Positions 45,601 through 61,200 of a stretch of 64,000 nucleotides of DNA are shown here, piece by piece (the stretch's first letter is position 1; each line of letters begins with the position of its first letter). The stretch lies in NCBI RefSeq assembly GCF_009914755.1, contig NC_060928.1. One strand, given 5' to 3'. Under the pieces are notes generated by a model, which did no database searches, had not been told where the DNA came from, and was given only the letters and a program-made list of their open reading frames with translations. The DNA comes from the human T2T-CHM13v2.0 reference genome, Homo sapiens. Position numbers and translations under genes: made by a program.

Positions 45601-48600
45601 AATATATAGTTTGAGTACTTTGATATTTTATGTACAGTTTTTTATAAATGTTTGGGTGCTTTCATATTTTATGTACAGTATATAATACATACAAAGGGCA
45701 CTTTGATATTTTATGTACAGTATATAATACATACTTTGGGTACTCTGATATTTTATGTACAGTGTATAATACATACTTTGGGTACTTTGATATTTTATGT
45801 ACAATATATAATACATACGTTGGGAACTTTGATATATTATGTACAGTATATAATACATACTTTGGGTACTTTGATATTTTATCTACAGTATACAACACAT
45901 AGTTTGTGTACTTTGATATTTTAGGTACAGTATATAATACATACTTTGGGTACTTTGATATTTTATGTACAGTATATAATACATACATTGGGTAATTTCA
46001 TATTTTATGTACAGTATATAATATATAGTTTGGTTACTTTGATATTTTATCTACAGCTTATAATACATACTTTGGATACTTTGATACTTTATGTACAGTA
46101 TATAATACATAATTTGGGTACTTTGTTTTTTTATGTACAGTATACAATATATAGTTTGAGTACTTTGATATTTTATGTGCAGTATAAAATATATAGTTTT
46201 GGTACTTTCATATTTTATGTACAGTATATAGTTTGAGTACTTTGATATTTTATGTACAGTTTTTTATAAATGTTTGGGTGCTTTCATATTTTATGTACAG
46301 TATATAATACATACTAAGGGCACTTTGATATTTTATGTACAGTATATAATACATACCTTGGGTACTTTGATATTTTATGTACAGTATATAATACATAGTT
46401 TGGGTATTTTGATACTTTATGTACAGTATATAATACATACTTTGGGTACTTTGATATTTTATGTACAGTATATAATACATACTTTGGGAACTTTGATATT
46501 TTATGTACAGTATGTAGAACATACTTTGGGTACTTTGATATTTTATATACAGGATATAATGCATACTTTGGGTACTTTGATAGTTTATGTACAGTATATA
46601 ATACATACTTTGGGTACTTTGATATTTTATGTATAGTATAAAATATATAGTTTGGGTACTTTGATATTTTATGTACATTATGTAAAACATACTTTGGGGA
46701 GTTTGATATTTTATGTACAGTATGTAAAACATACTTTGGGGAGTTTGATATTTTATGAACAGTATATAATACACATTTTGTGTACTTTGATATTTTATGT
46801 AAAGTATATAATACATACTTTGGGTACTTTGATATTTTATGTACAGTATATATTACATACTTTGGGTACTTTGATATTTTATGTACAGTATACAATATAT
46901 AGTTTGAGTACTTTGATATTTTATGTACTGTATAAAATATATAGTTTTGGTACTTTGATATTTTATGTACAGTATATAGTTTGAGTACTTTGATATTTTA
47001 TGTACAGTTTGTTATAAATATTTTGGTGCTTTCATATCTTATGTACTGTATATAATACATGCTTTGGGCACTTTGATATTTTATGTACAGTATATAATAC
47101 ATACTTTGGGTACTCTGATATTTTATGTACAGTGTATAATACATACTTTGGGTACTTTGATATTTTATGTACAGTATATAATACATACATTGGGTACTTT
47201 GATATTTTATATACAGTATATAATACATACTTTGTGTACTTTGATATTTTATGTACAGTATATAATACATACTTTCGGTACTTTGATATTTTATGTACAG
47301 TATATAATATATAGTTTGGGTACTTTGATAATTTATGTACAGTGTATAACACATACTTTGGGTACTTTGATATTTTATGTACAGTATATAATACATACTT
47401 TGGGTACTTTGATATTTTATATACAGTATATAATACATACTTTGGGTACTTTCATATTTCATGTACAGTTTATAATATATAGTTTGGGTACTTTGGTATA
47501 TTATGTACTGTATATAATACATACTTTGGGTACTTTGATATTTTATGTACAGTATATAATACATACTTTGGGTACTTTGATATTTTATGTACAGTATACA
47601 ATATATACTTTGACTACTTTGATATTTTATGTCCAGTATAGAATATATAGTTTTGGTAGTTTGATATTTTATGTACAGTATATAGTTTGAGTACATTGAT
47701 ATTTTATGTACACTTTATTATAAATGTTTGAATACTTTCATATTTTATGTACAGTATATAATACATACTTTGGGCACTTTGATATTTTATGTACAGTATA
47801 CAATAAATACTTTGGGTACTTTGATATTTTATGTACAGTATATAATACATAATTTGGGTACTTTGATATTTTATGTACAGTATATAATGCATACTTTGGG
47901 TACTTTGATGTTTTATGTACAGTATATAATACATACTTAGGGTACTTTGACATTTTATGTGCAGTACATCATACATACTTTGGATACTTTGTTATTTTAA
48001 ATACAGTATGTAATACATATTTTGGGTACTTTGATATTTTATGTACAGTATATAATACATACTTTGGTACTTTTATATTTCATGTACAGTATATAATATA
48101 TAGTTTGGGTACTTTGATATTTTATGTACAGTATATAATACATAGTTTGGGTATTTTGATATTTTATGTACAGTATATAATACATACTTTGGGTACTTTG
48201 ATATTTTATGTACAGTATATAATATATAGTTTGGGTACTTTGATAATTTATGTGCAGTATATAACACATACTTTCGGTAGTTGGATATTTTATGTACAGT
48301 ATATAATACATACTTTGGGTACTTCGATATTTGATGTACAGTATACAATATATAGTTTGGGTACTTTGATATTTTATGTCGGGTACAAAATAAATAGTTT
48401 TGGTACTTAGATATTTTATGTACAGTATATAGTTTGAGTACTTTGATATTTTATGTACAGTTTATTATTAATGGGTGCTTTCATATTTTATGTACAGTAT
48501 ATAATACATACTATGGGCACTTTGATATTTTATGTACAGTATATAATACATACTTTGGGTACTTTGATATTTTATATACACTACATAATACATACTTTGG

Positions 48601-51600
48601 GTACTTTGATATTTTATGTACAGTACATAATATATAGTTTGGGTACTTTGATATTGTATGTGCAGTATATAACACATACTTTCGGTACTTGGATATTTTA
48701 TGTACAGTATATAATACATAATTTGGGTACTTCCATATTTTATGTACACTATGCTATATATACTTTGGGTACTTTGATATTTTATGTCCAGTATAAAATA
48801 AAAAGTTTTGGTAATTCGATATTTTATGTACAGTGTATCGTTTGAGTACTTTGATATTTAATGTACAGTTTATTATAAATATTCGGGTGCTTTCATATTT
48901 TATGTACAGTATATAATACATACTTTGAGCACTTTGATAGTTTATGTACAGTATATAATACATACTTTGGGTAATTTGATATTTTATGTACAGTATATAA
49001 TACATACATTGGGTACTTTGATATTTTATGTACAGTATATAATATATAGTTAGGGTACTTTGATATTTTATATACAGTATATAATATATATTATGTGTAC
49101 TTTGATATATTATGTACAGTATATAATATATAGTTTGGGTAATTTGATATTTTATGTACAGTATACAATATATAGCATTGGTACTTTGATATTTCATGTA
49201 AAGTATATAGTTTGAGTACTTTGATATTTTATATACAGTTTATTATAAACGTTTGGGTACCTTCCTATTTTATGTAGAGTATATAATACATACTTTGGGA
49301 ACTTTTATTTTATGTGCAGTATATAATACATACTTTGGGTACTTTGATATTTTATGTACAGTATATAATACATACTATTGGTACTTTGATATTTTATGTA
49401 CAGTATACAATATATAGTTTGAGTACTTTGATATTTTATGTCCAGTATAAAATATATAGATTTCATACTTTGATATTTTATGTACTGAATGTAGTTTGAG
49501 TACTTTGATATTTTATGTACACTTTATTATAAAAGTTTGGGTACTTTCATATTTTACGTACAGTATATAATACATACTTTGGGCACTTTGATGTTTTATG
49601 TACAGTATATAATACATACTTTGGGTTCTTTGATATTTTATGTACAGCATATAATACATAATTTGGGGACTTTTATATTTTATGTACATTATATTATACA
49701 TACTTTAGGTACTTTTATATTTTATGTACGGTATATAATACACACTTTGGGTACTTTGATATATTATGTACAGTATATAATACATACTTTGGGTACTTTG
49801 ATATATTATGTACAGTATATAATACATACTAAGGGTACTTTGACATTTTATATACAGTACATAATACATACTTTGGGTACTTTGATATTTTATGTACAGT
49901 ATATAATGCATACTTTGGATACTTTGATATTTTATGTACAGTATATAATACATACTTTGGGTACTTTTATATTTTATGTACAGTATATAATATATAGTTT
50001 GGGTACTTTGATATTTTATGTACGGTATATAATACATACTTTGGGTACTTTGATATTTTATGTACAGTATATAATACATACTTTGGGTACTCTGATATTT
50101 TATGTACAGTATACAATATATAGTTTGAATACTTTGATATTTTATGTACTGTATAAAATATATAGTTTTCGTACTTTGATATTTTATGTACAATATATAG
50201 TTTGAGTACTTTGATATTTTATGTACAGTTTTTTATAAATGTTTCGGTGCTTTCATATTTTATGTACAGTATATAATACATACAAAGGGCACTTTGATAT
50301 TTTATGTACAGTATATAATACATACTTTGGGTACTCTGATATTTTATGTACAGTGTATAATACATACTTTGGGTACTTTGATATTTTATGTACAATATAT
50401 AATACATACGTTGGGAACTTTGATATATTATGTACAGTATATAATACATACTTTGGGTACTTTGATATTTTATCTACAGTATACAACACATAGTTTGTGT
50501 ACTTTGATATTTTAGGTACAGTATATAATACATACTTTGGGTACTTTGATATTTTATGTACAGTATATAATACATACATTGGGTACTTTCATATTTTATG
50601 TACAGTATATAATATATAGTTTGGTTACTTTGATATTTTATCTACAGCTTATAATACATACTTTGGATACTTTGATACTTTATGTACAGTATATAATACA
50701 TAATTTGGGTACTTTGTTATTTTATGTACAGTATACAATATATAGTTTGAGTACTTTGATATTTTATGTGCAGTATAAAATATATAGTTTTGGTACTTTC
50801 ATATTTTATGTACAGTATATAGTTTGAGTACTTTGATATTTTATGTACAGTTTTTTATAAATGTTTGGGTGCTTTCATATTTTATGTACAGTATATAATA
50901 CATACTAAGGGCACTTTGATATTTTATGTACAGTATATAATACATACCTTGGGTACTTTGATATTTTATGTACAGTATATAATACATAGTTTGGGTATTT
51001 TGATACTTTATGTACAGTATATAATACATACTTTGGGTACTTTGATATTTTATGTACAGTATATAATACATACTTTGGGAACTTTGATATTTTATGTACA
51101 GTATGTAGAACATACTTTGGGTACTTTGATATTTTATGTACAGGATATAATGCATACTTTGGGTACTTTGATAGTTTATGTACAGTATATAATACATACT
51201 TTGGGTACTTTGATATTTTATGTATAGTATAAAATATATAGTTTGGGTACTTTGATATTTTATGTACAGTATGTAAAACATACTTTGGGGAGTTTGATAT
51301 TTTATGTACAGTATGTAAAACATACTTTGGGGAGTTTGATATTTTATGAACAGTATATAATACACATTTTGTGTACTTTGATATTTTATGTAAAGTATAT
51401 AATACATACTTTGGGTACTTTGATATTTTATGTACAGTATATATTACATACTTTGGGTACTTTGATATTTTATGTACAGTATACAATATATAGTTTGAGT
51501 ACTTTGATATTTTATGTACTGTATAAAATATATAGTTTTGGTACTTTGATATTTTATGTACAGTATATAGTTTGAGTACTTTGATATTTTATGTACAGTT

Positions 51601-51800
51601 TGTTATAAATATTTTGGTGCTTTCATATTTTATGTACTGTATATAATACATGCTTTGGGCACTTTGATATTTTATGTACAGTATATAATACATACTTTGG
51701 GTAATCTGATATTTTATGTACAGTGTATAATATATACTTTGGGTACTTTGATATTTTATGTACAGTATATAATACATACATTGGGTACTTTGATATATTA
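42660..51800 (+). repeat. Tandem duplication, 4,591-bp unit (2 copies)
   Basis: Constant offset of 4591 for 43137/47728, 43862/48453, 44946/49537, 46274/50865 and 46998/51589. Shared variants: GTCGGGTACAAAAT, TTATTAATGGG, CATACAAAGGGC. Confidence 0.92.
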
Positions 51801-52289
51801 TGTACAGTATATAATACTTACTTGGGGTACTTTGATATTTTATGTACAGTATATAATACATAGTTTGTGTACTTTGATATTTTATGTACAGTATGTAGTA
51901 CACACTTTGGGTACTTTGATATTTTATGTACAGTATATAATACATACTTTGGGTATCTTGACATTTTATGTACAGTATATAATGCATACTTTGCGTCCTT
52001 TGATATTTTATGTACAGTATATAATGCATACGTTGGGTACTTTGATATTTCATGTACAGTATGTAATACATACTTTGGGTACTTTGATATTTTATGTATA
52101 GTATATAATACATACTTTGTGTAGTTTGATATTTTATGTACAGTATACAATATATAGTTTGAGTACATTGTTATTTTATGTGCAGTATAAAATATATAGT
52201 TTTCGTAATTGATATTTTATGTACAGAATATAGTTTGAGTACTTTGATATTTTATGTACACTTTATTATAAATGTTTGGGTACTTTCAT

Positions 52290-55200
52290 ATTTTATGTAC
52301 AGTATATAATACATACTTTGGTCTCTTTGATGTTTTATGTACAGTATATAATACATACTTTGGGTTCTTTGATATTTTATGTACAGAATATAATGCATAG
52401 TTTTAGGTACTTTTATATTTTATGTACAGTATATAATACATACCTTGGGTACTTTGATATTTTATGTACAGTATATAATACATACTTTGGGAACTTTGAT
52501 ATTTTATGTACAGTATGTAATACATACTTTGGGTACTTTGATATTTTATGTACTGTATATAATACATACTATTGGTACTTTGATATTTTATGTACTGTAT
52601 ACAATATATAGTTTGAGTACTTTGATATTTTATGTCCAGTATAAAATACATAGATTTCATACTTTGATATTTTATGTACAGAATATACTTTGAGTACTTT
52701 GATATTTTATGTACACTTTATCATAAAAGTTTGGGTACTTTCATATTTTACGTACAGTATATAATACATACTTTGGGCACTTTGATGTTTTATGTACAGT
52801 ATATAATACATACTTTGGGTTCTTTGATATGTTATGTACAGCATATAGTACATAATTTGGGGACTTTTATATTTTATGTACATTATATAATACATACTTT
52901 GGGTACTTTTATATTTTATGTACGGTATATAATACATACTTTGGGTACTTTGATATATTATGTACAGTATATAATACATACTTTGGGTACTTTGATATAT
53001 TATGTACAGTATATAATACATACTTAGGGTACTTTGACATTTTATGTACAGTACATAATACATACTTTGGGTACTTTGATATTTTATGTACAGTATATAA
53101 TACATACTTTGGGTACTTTGATATTTTATGTACAGTATATAATACATGTTTTGGGTACTTTTACATTTTATGTACAGTATATAATATATAGTTTGGGTAC
53201 TTTGATATTTTATGTACGGTATATAATACATACTTTGGGTACTTTGATATTTTATGTACAGTATATAATACATACTTTGGGTACTTTGATAATTTATGTA
53301 CAGTATATAATACATACTTTGGGTACTTTGATATTTAATGTACAGTATATAATACACACTTTGCGTACTTTGATATTTTATGTAAAGTATGTAATACATA
53401 CTTTGGGTACTTTGATATTTTATGTACAGTATGTAATACACGCTTTGGGTACTTTGATATTTTATGTAGAGTATGTAAAACATACTTTGGGTAGTTTGGT
53501 ATTTTATGATCAGTATATAATACATATTTTGGGTACTTTGATATTTTATGTACAGTATATAATACATACTTTGGGTACTTTGATATTTTATGTACAGTAT
53601 ATAATGCATAATTTGGGTACTTCAATAGTTTATGCACAGTATATAATACATACTTTGGGTAATTTGATATTTTATGTTCAGTATATAATGCATACTTTGG
53701 GTACTTTGATAGTTTATGTGCAGTATACAATACATACTTTGGGTACTTTGATATTTTATGTACAGTATATAATATGTAGTTTGGGTACTTTGATATTTTA
53801 ACTACAGTATATAATACATACTTTGGGTACTTTGATATTTTATCTACAGTATATAATAGATACTTTGGGTACTTTGATATATTATGTACAGTATATAATA
53901 CATAGTTTGGTTACTTTGATATTTTTTGTACAGTATGTAAAACATACTTTGGGGAGTTTGATATTTTATGAACAGTATATAATACACATTTTGGGTACTT
54001 TGATATTTTATGTACGGTATATAATACACACTTTGGGTACTTTGATATTTTATGTACAGTATATAATTCATACTTTGGGTACTTTGATATTTTATGTACA
54101 GTATATAATACATACATTGGGTACTTCGATATTTTATGTGCAGTACCCTATATATAGTTTGGGTACTTTGATATTTTATGTCCAGTATAAAATAAATAGT
54201 TTTGGTACTTTGATATTTTATGTACAGTATATAGTTTGAGTACTTTGATATTTAATGTTCAGTTTATTATAAATGTTTGGCTGCTTTCATATTTTATATA
54301 CAGTATATAATACATACTTTGGGCACTTTGATATTTTCTGTACAGTATATAATACATACTTTGGGTACTTTGATATTTTATGTATGGTATATAATACATA
54401 CATTGGGTACTTTGATATTTTATGTACAGTATATAATATATAGTTTGGTTACTTTGATATTTTATATACAGTATATAATACATATTATGTGTACTTTGAT
54501 ATATTATGTACAGTATATAATATATAGTATGGGTTGTTTGATATTTTATGTACAGTATATAATATATAGTTTGGGTAGTTTGATATTTTTAGTACAGTAT
54601 GTAATATATAGTTTGTTTTATTTGGTATTTTATGTACAGTATACAATATATAGTATTGGTACTTTGATATTTCATGTAAAGTATATAGTTTGAGTACTTT
54701 GATATTTTATATGCAGTTTATTATAAATGTTTGGGTACCTTCATATTTTATGTACAGTATATAATACATACTTTGGGAACTTTTATTTTATGTGCAGTAT
54801 ATAATACATACTTTGGGTACTTTGATATTTCATGTACAGTATATAATACACACTTTGGGTACTTTGATATTTTATGTACAGTATATAATACACACTTTGG
54901 GTAGTTTGATATTTTATGTACAGTATATAATACATACTTTGGGTACTTTGATGTATTATGTACAGTATATAATACATACTTTGGGTACTTTGATATTTTA
55001 TGTACAGTATATAATACATACTTTGGGTACTTTGATATTTTATGTACAGTATGTAATACACACTTTGGGTACTTTGATATTTTATGTACAGTATGTAAAA
55101 CATACTTTGGGTAGTTTGATATATTATGTACAGTATATAATACATACTTTGTGTACTCTGATATTTTATGTACAGTGTATAATACATACTTTGGGTACTT

Positions 55201-58200
55201 TGATATTTTATGTACAGTATATAATACATACATTGGGTACTTTGATATATTATGTACAGTATATAATACTTACTTGGGGTATCTTGATATTTTATGTACA
55301 GTATATAATGCATACTTTGGGTACTTTGATATTTTATGTAAAGTATATAACGCACACTTTGAGTACTTTGATATTTTATGTACAGTATGTAATACATACT
55401 TTGGGTACTTTGATATTTTATGTACAGTATATAATACATACTTTGGGTACTTTGATATTTTATGTACAGTATATAATATATAGTTTGGGTACTTTGATAA
55501 TTTATGTACAGTGTATAACACATACTTTGGGTACTTTGATATTTTATGTACAGTATATAATACATACTTTGGGTACTTTGATATTTTATATACAGTATAT
55601 AATACATACTTTGGGTACTTTCATATTTCATGTACAGTTTATAATATATAGTTTGGGTACTTTGGTATATTATGTACTGTATATAATACATACTTTGGGT
55701 ACTTTGATATTTTATGTACAGTATATAATACATACTTTGGGTACTTTGATATTTTATGTACAGTATACAATATATACTTTGACTACTTTGATATTTTATG
55801 TCCAGTATAGAATATATAGTTTTGGTAGTTTGATATTTTATGTACAGTATATAGTTTGAGTACATTGATATTTTATGTACACTTTATTATAAATGTTTGG
55901 ATACTTTCATATTTTATGTACAGTATTTAATACATACTTTGGGCACTTTGATATTTTATGTACAGTATACAATACATACTTTGGGTACTTTGATATTTTA
56001 TTTACAGTATATAATACATAATTTGGGTACTTTGATATTTTATTTACAGTATATAATGCATACTTTGGGTACTTTGATGTTTTATGTACAGTATATAATA
56101 CATACTTAGGGTACTTTGACATTTTATGTGCAGTACATAATACATACTTTGGATACTTTGTTATTTTAAATACAGTATGTAATACATATTTTGGGTACTT
56201 TGATATTTTATGTACAGTATATAATACATACTTTGGTACTTTTATATTTCATGTACAGTATATAATATATAGTTTGAGTACTTTGATATTTTATGTACAG
56301 TATATAATACATAGTTTGGGTATTTTGATATTTTATGTACAGTATATAATACATACTTTGGGTACTTTGATATTTTATGTACAGTATATAATATATAGTT
56401 TGGGTACTTTGATAATTTATGTGCAGTATATAACACATACTTTCGGTAGTTGGATATTTTATGTACAGTATATAATACATACTTTGGGTACTTCGATATT
56501 TGATGTACAGTATACTATATATAGTTTGGGTACTTTGATATTTTATGTCGGGTACAAAATAAATAGTTTTGGTACTTAGATATTTTATGTACAGTATATA
56601 GTTTGAGTACTTTGATATTTTATGTATAGTTTATTATTAATGGGTGCTTTCATATTTTATGTACAGTATATAATACATACTATGGGCACTTTGATATTTT
56701 ATGTACAGTATATAATACATAATTTGGGTACTTTGATATTTTATATACACTACATAATACATACTTTGGGTACTTTGATATTTTATGTACAGTACATAAT
56801 ATATAGTTTGGGTACTTTGATATAGTATGTGCAGTATATAACACATACTTTCGGTACTTGGATATTTTATGTACAGTATATAATACATAATTTGGGTACT
56901 TCCATATTTTATGTACAGTATGCTATATATACTTTGGGTACTTTGATATTTTATGTCCAGTATAAAATAAAAAGTTTTGGTAATTCGATATTTTATGTAC
57001 AGTGTATCGTTTGAGTACTTTGATATTTAATGTACAGTTTATTATAAATGTTCAGGTGCTTTCATATTTTATGTACAGTATATAATACATACTTTGAGCA
57101 CTTTGATATTTTATGTACAGTATATAATACATACTTTGGTCTCTTTGATGTTTTATGTACAGTATATAATACATACTTTGGGTTCTTTGATATTTTATGT
57201 GCAGAATATAATGCATAGTTTTAGGTACTTTTATATTTTATGTACAGTATATAATACATACTTTCGGTACTTTGATATTTTATGTACAGTATATAATACA
57301 TACTTTGGGTACTTTGATATTTTATGTACAGTATATAATACATATTATTGGTACTTTGATATTTTATGTACAGTATACAATATATAGTTTGAGTACTTTG
57401 ATATTTTATGTCCAGTATAAAATACATAGATTTCATACTTTGATATTTTATGTACAGAATATAGTTTGAGTACTTTGATATTTTATGTACACTTTATCAT
57501 AAAAGTTTGGGTACTTTCATATTTTACGTACAGTATATAATACATACTTTGGGCACTTTGATGTTTTATGTACAGTATATAATACATACTTTGGGTTCTT
57601 TGATATGTTATGTACAGCATATAGTACATAATTTGGGGACTTTTATATTTTATGTACATTATATAATACATACTTTGGGTACTTTTATATTTTATGTACG
57701 GTATATAATACATACTTTGGGTACTTTGGTATATTATGTACAGTATATAATACATACTTTGGGTACTTTGATATATTATGTACAGTATATAATACATACT
57801 TAGGGTACTTTGACATTTTATGTACAGTACATAATACATACTTTGGGTACTTTGATATTTTATGTACAGTATATAGTACATACTTTGGGTACTTTGATAT
57901 TTTATGTACAGTATATAATACATGTTTTGGGTACTTTTACATTTTATGTACAGTATATAATATATAGTTTGGGTACTTTGATATTTTATGTACGGTATAT
58001 AATACATACTTTGGGTACTTTGATATTTTATGTACAGTATATAATACATACTTTGGGTACTTTGATAATTTATGTACAGTATATAATACATACTTTGGGT
58101 ACTTTGATATTTAATGTACAGTATATAATACACACTTTGCGTACTTTGTTATTTTATGTAAAGTATGTAATACATACTTTGGGTACTTTGATATTTTATG

Positions 58201-61200
58201 TACAGTATGTAATACACGCTTTGGGTACTTTGATATTTTATGTAGAGTATGTAAAACATACTTTGGGTAGTTTGTTATTTTATGATCAGTATATAATACA
58301 TATTTTGGGTACTTTGATATTTTATGTACAGTATATAATACATACTTTGGGTACTTTGATATTTTATGTACAGTATATAATGCATAATTTGGGTACTTCA
58401 ATAGTTTATGCACAGTATATAATACATACTTTGGGTAATTTGATATTTTATGTACAGTATATAATGCATACTTTGGGTACTTTGATAGTTTATGTACAGT
58501 ATACAATACATACTTTGGGTACTTTGATATTTTATGTACAGTATATAATATGTAGTTTGGGTACTTTGATATTTTAACTACAGTATATAATACATACTTT
58601 GGGTACTTTGATATTTTATCTATAGTATATAATAGATACTTTGGGTACTTTGATATATTATGTACAGTATATAATACATAGTTTGGTTACTTTGATATTT
58701 TTTGTACAGTATGTAAAACATACTTTGGGGAGTTTGATATTTTATGAACAGTATATAATACACATTTTGGGTACTTTGATATTTTATGTACGGTATATAA
58801 TACATACTTTGGGTACTTTGATATTTTATGTACAGTATATAGTTCATACTTTGGGTACTTTGATATTTTATGTACAGTATATAATACATACATTGGGTAC
58901 TTCGATATTTTATATGCAGTACCCTATATATAGTTTGGGTACTTTGATATTTTATGTCCAGTATAAAATAAATAGTTTTGGTACTTTGATATTTTATGTA
59001 CAGTATATAGTTTGAGTACTTTGATATTTAATGTTCAGTTTATTATAAATGTTTGGGTGCTTTCATATTTTATATACAGTATATAATACATACTTTGGGC
59101 ACTTTGATATTTTCTGTACAGTATATAATACATACTTTGGGTACTTTGATATTTTATGTATGGTATATAATACATACATTGGGTACTTTGATATTTTATG
59201 TACAGTATATAATATATAGTTTGGTTACTTTGATATTTTATATACAGTATATAATATATATTATGTGTACTTTGATATATTATGTACAGTATATAATATA
59301 TAGTATGGGTTGTTTGATATTTTATGTACAGTATATAATATATAGTTTGGGTAGTTTGATATTTTTAGTACAGTATGTAATATATAGTTTGTTTTATTTG
59401 GTATTTTATGTACAGTATACAATATATAGTATTGGTACTTTGATATTTCATGTAAAGTATATAGTTTGAGTACTTTGATATTTTATATGCAGTTTATTAT
59501 AAATGTTTGGGTACCTTCATATTTTATGTACAGTATATAATACATACTTTGGGAACTTTTATTTTATGTGCAGTATATAATACATACTTTGGGTACTTTG
59601 ATATTTCATGTACAGTATATAATACACACTTTGGGTACTTTGATATTTTATGTACAGTATGTAAAACATACTTTGGGTAGTTTGATATATTATGTACAGT
59701 ATATAATACATACTTTGTGTACTCTGATATTTTATGTACAGTGTATAATACATACTTTGGGTACTTTGATATTTTATGTACAGTATATAATACATACATT
59801 GGGTACTTTGATATATTATGTACAGTATATAATACTTACTTGGGGTATCTTGATATTTTATGTACAGTATATAATGCATACTTTGGGTACTTTGATATTT
59901 TATGTACAGTATATAATGCATACTTTGAGTACTTTGATATTTTATGTACAGTATGTAATACATACTTTGGGTACTTTGATATTTTATGTACAGTATATAA
60001 TACATACTTTGGGTACTTTGATATTTTATGTACAGTATATAATATATAGTTTGGGTACTTTGATAATTTATGTACAGTGTATAACACATACTTTGGGTAC
60101 TTTGATATTTTATGTACAGTATATAATACATACTTTGGGTACTTTGATATTTTATATACAGTATATAATACATACTTTGGGTACTTTCATATTTCATGTA
60201 CAGTTTATAATATATAGTTTGGGTACTTTGGTATATTATGTACTGTATATAATACATACTTTGGGTACTTTGATATTTTATGTACAGTATATAATACATA
60301 CTTTGGGTACTTTGATATTTTATGTACAGTATACAATATATACTTTGACTACTTTGATATTTTATGTCCAGTATAGAATATATAGTTTTGGTAGTTTGAT
60401 ATTTTATGTACAGTATATAGTTTGAGTACATGGATATTTTATGTACACTTTATTATAAATGTTTGGATACTTTCATATTTTATGTACAGTATTTAATACA
60501 TACTTTGGGCACTTTGATATTTTATGTACAGTATACAATACATACTTTGTGTACTTTGATATTTTATTTACAGTATATAATACATAATTTGGGTACTTTG
60601 ATATTTTATGTACAGTATATAATGCATACTTTGGGTACTTTGATGTTTTATGTACAGTATATAATACATACTTAGGGTACTTTGACATTTTATGTGCAGT
60701 ACATAATACATACTTTGGATACTTTGTTATTTTAAATACAGTATGTAATACATATTTTGGGTACTTTGATATTTTATGTACAGTATATAATACATACTTT
60801 GGTACTTTTATATTTCATGTACAGTATATAATATATAGTTTGGGTACTTTGATATTTTATGTACAGTATATAATACATAGTTTGGGTATTTTGATATTTT
60901 ATGTACAGTATATAATACATACTTTGGGTACTTTGATATTTTATGTACAGTATATAATATATAGTTTGGGTACTTTGATAATTTATGTGCAGTATATAAC
61001 ACATACTTTCGGTAGTTGGATATTTTATGTACAGTATATAATACATACTTTGGGTACTTCGATATTTGATGTACAGTATACTATATATAGTTTGGGTACT
61101 TTGATATTTTATGTCGGGTACAAAATAAATAGTTTTGGTACTTAGATATTTTATGTACAGTATATAGTTTGAGTACTTTGATATTTTATGTACAGTTTAT

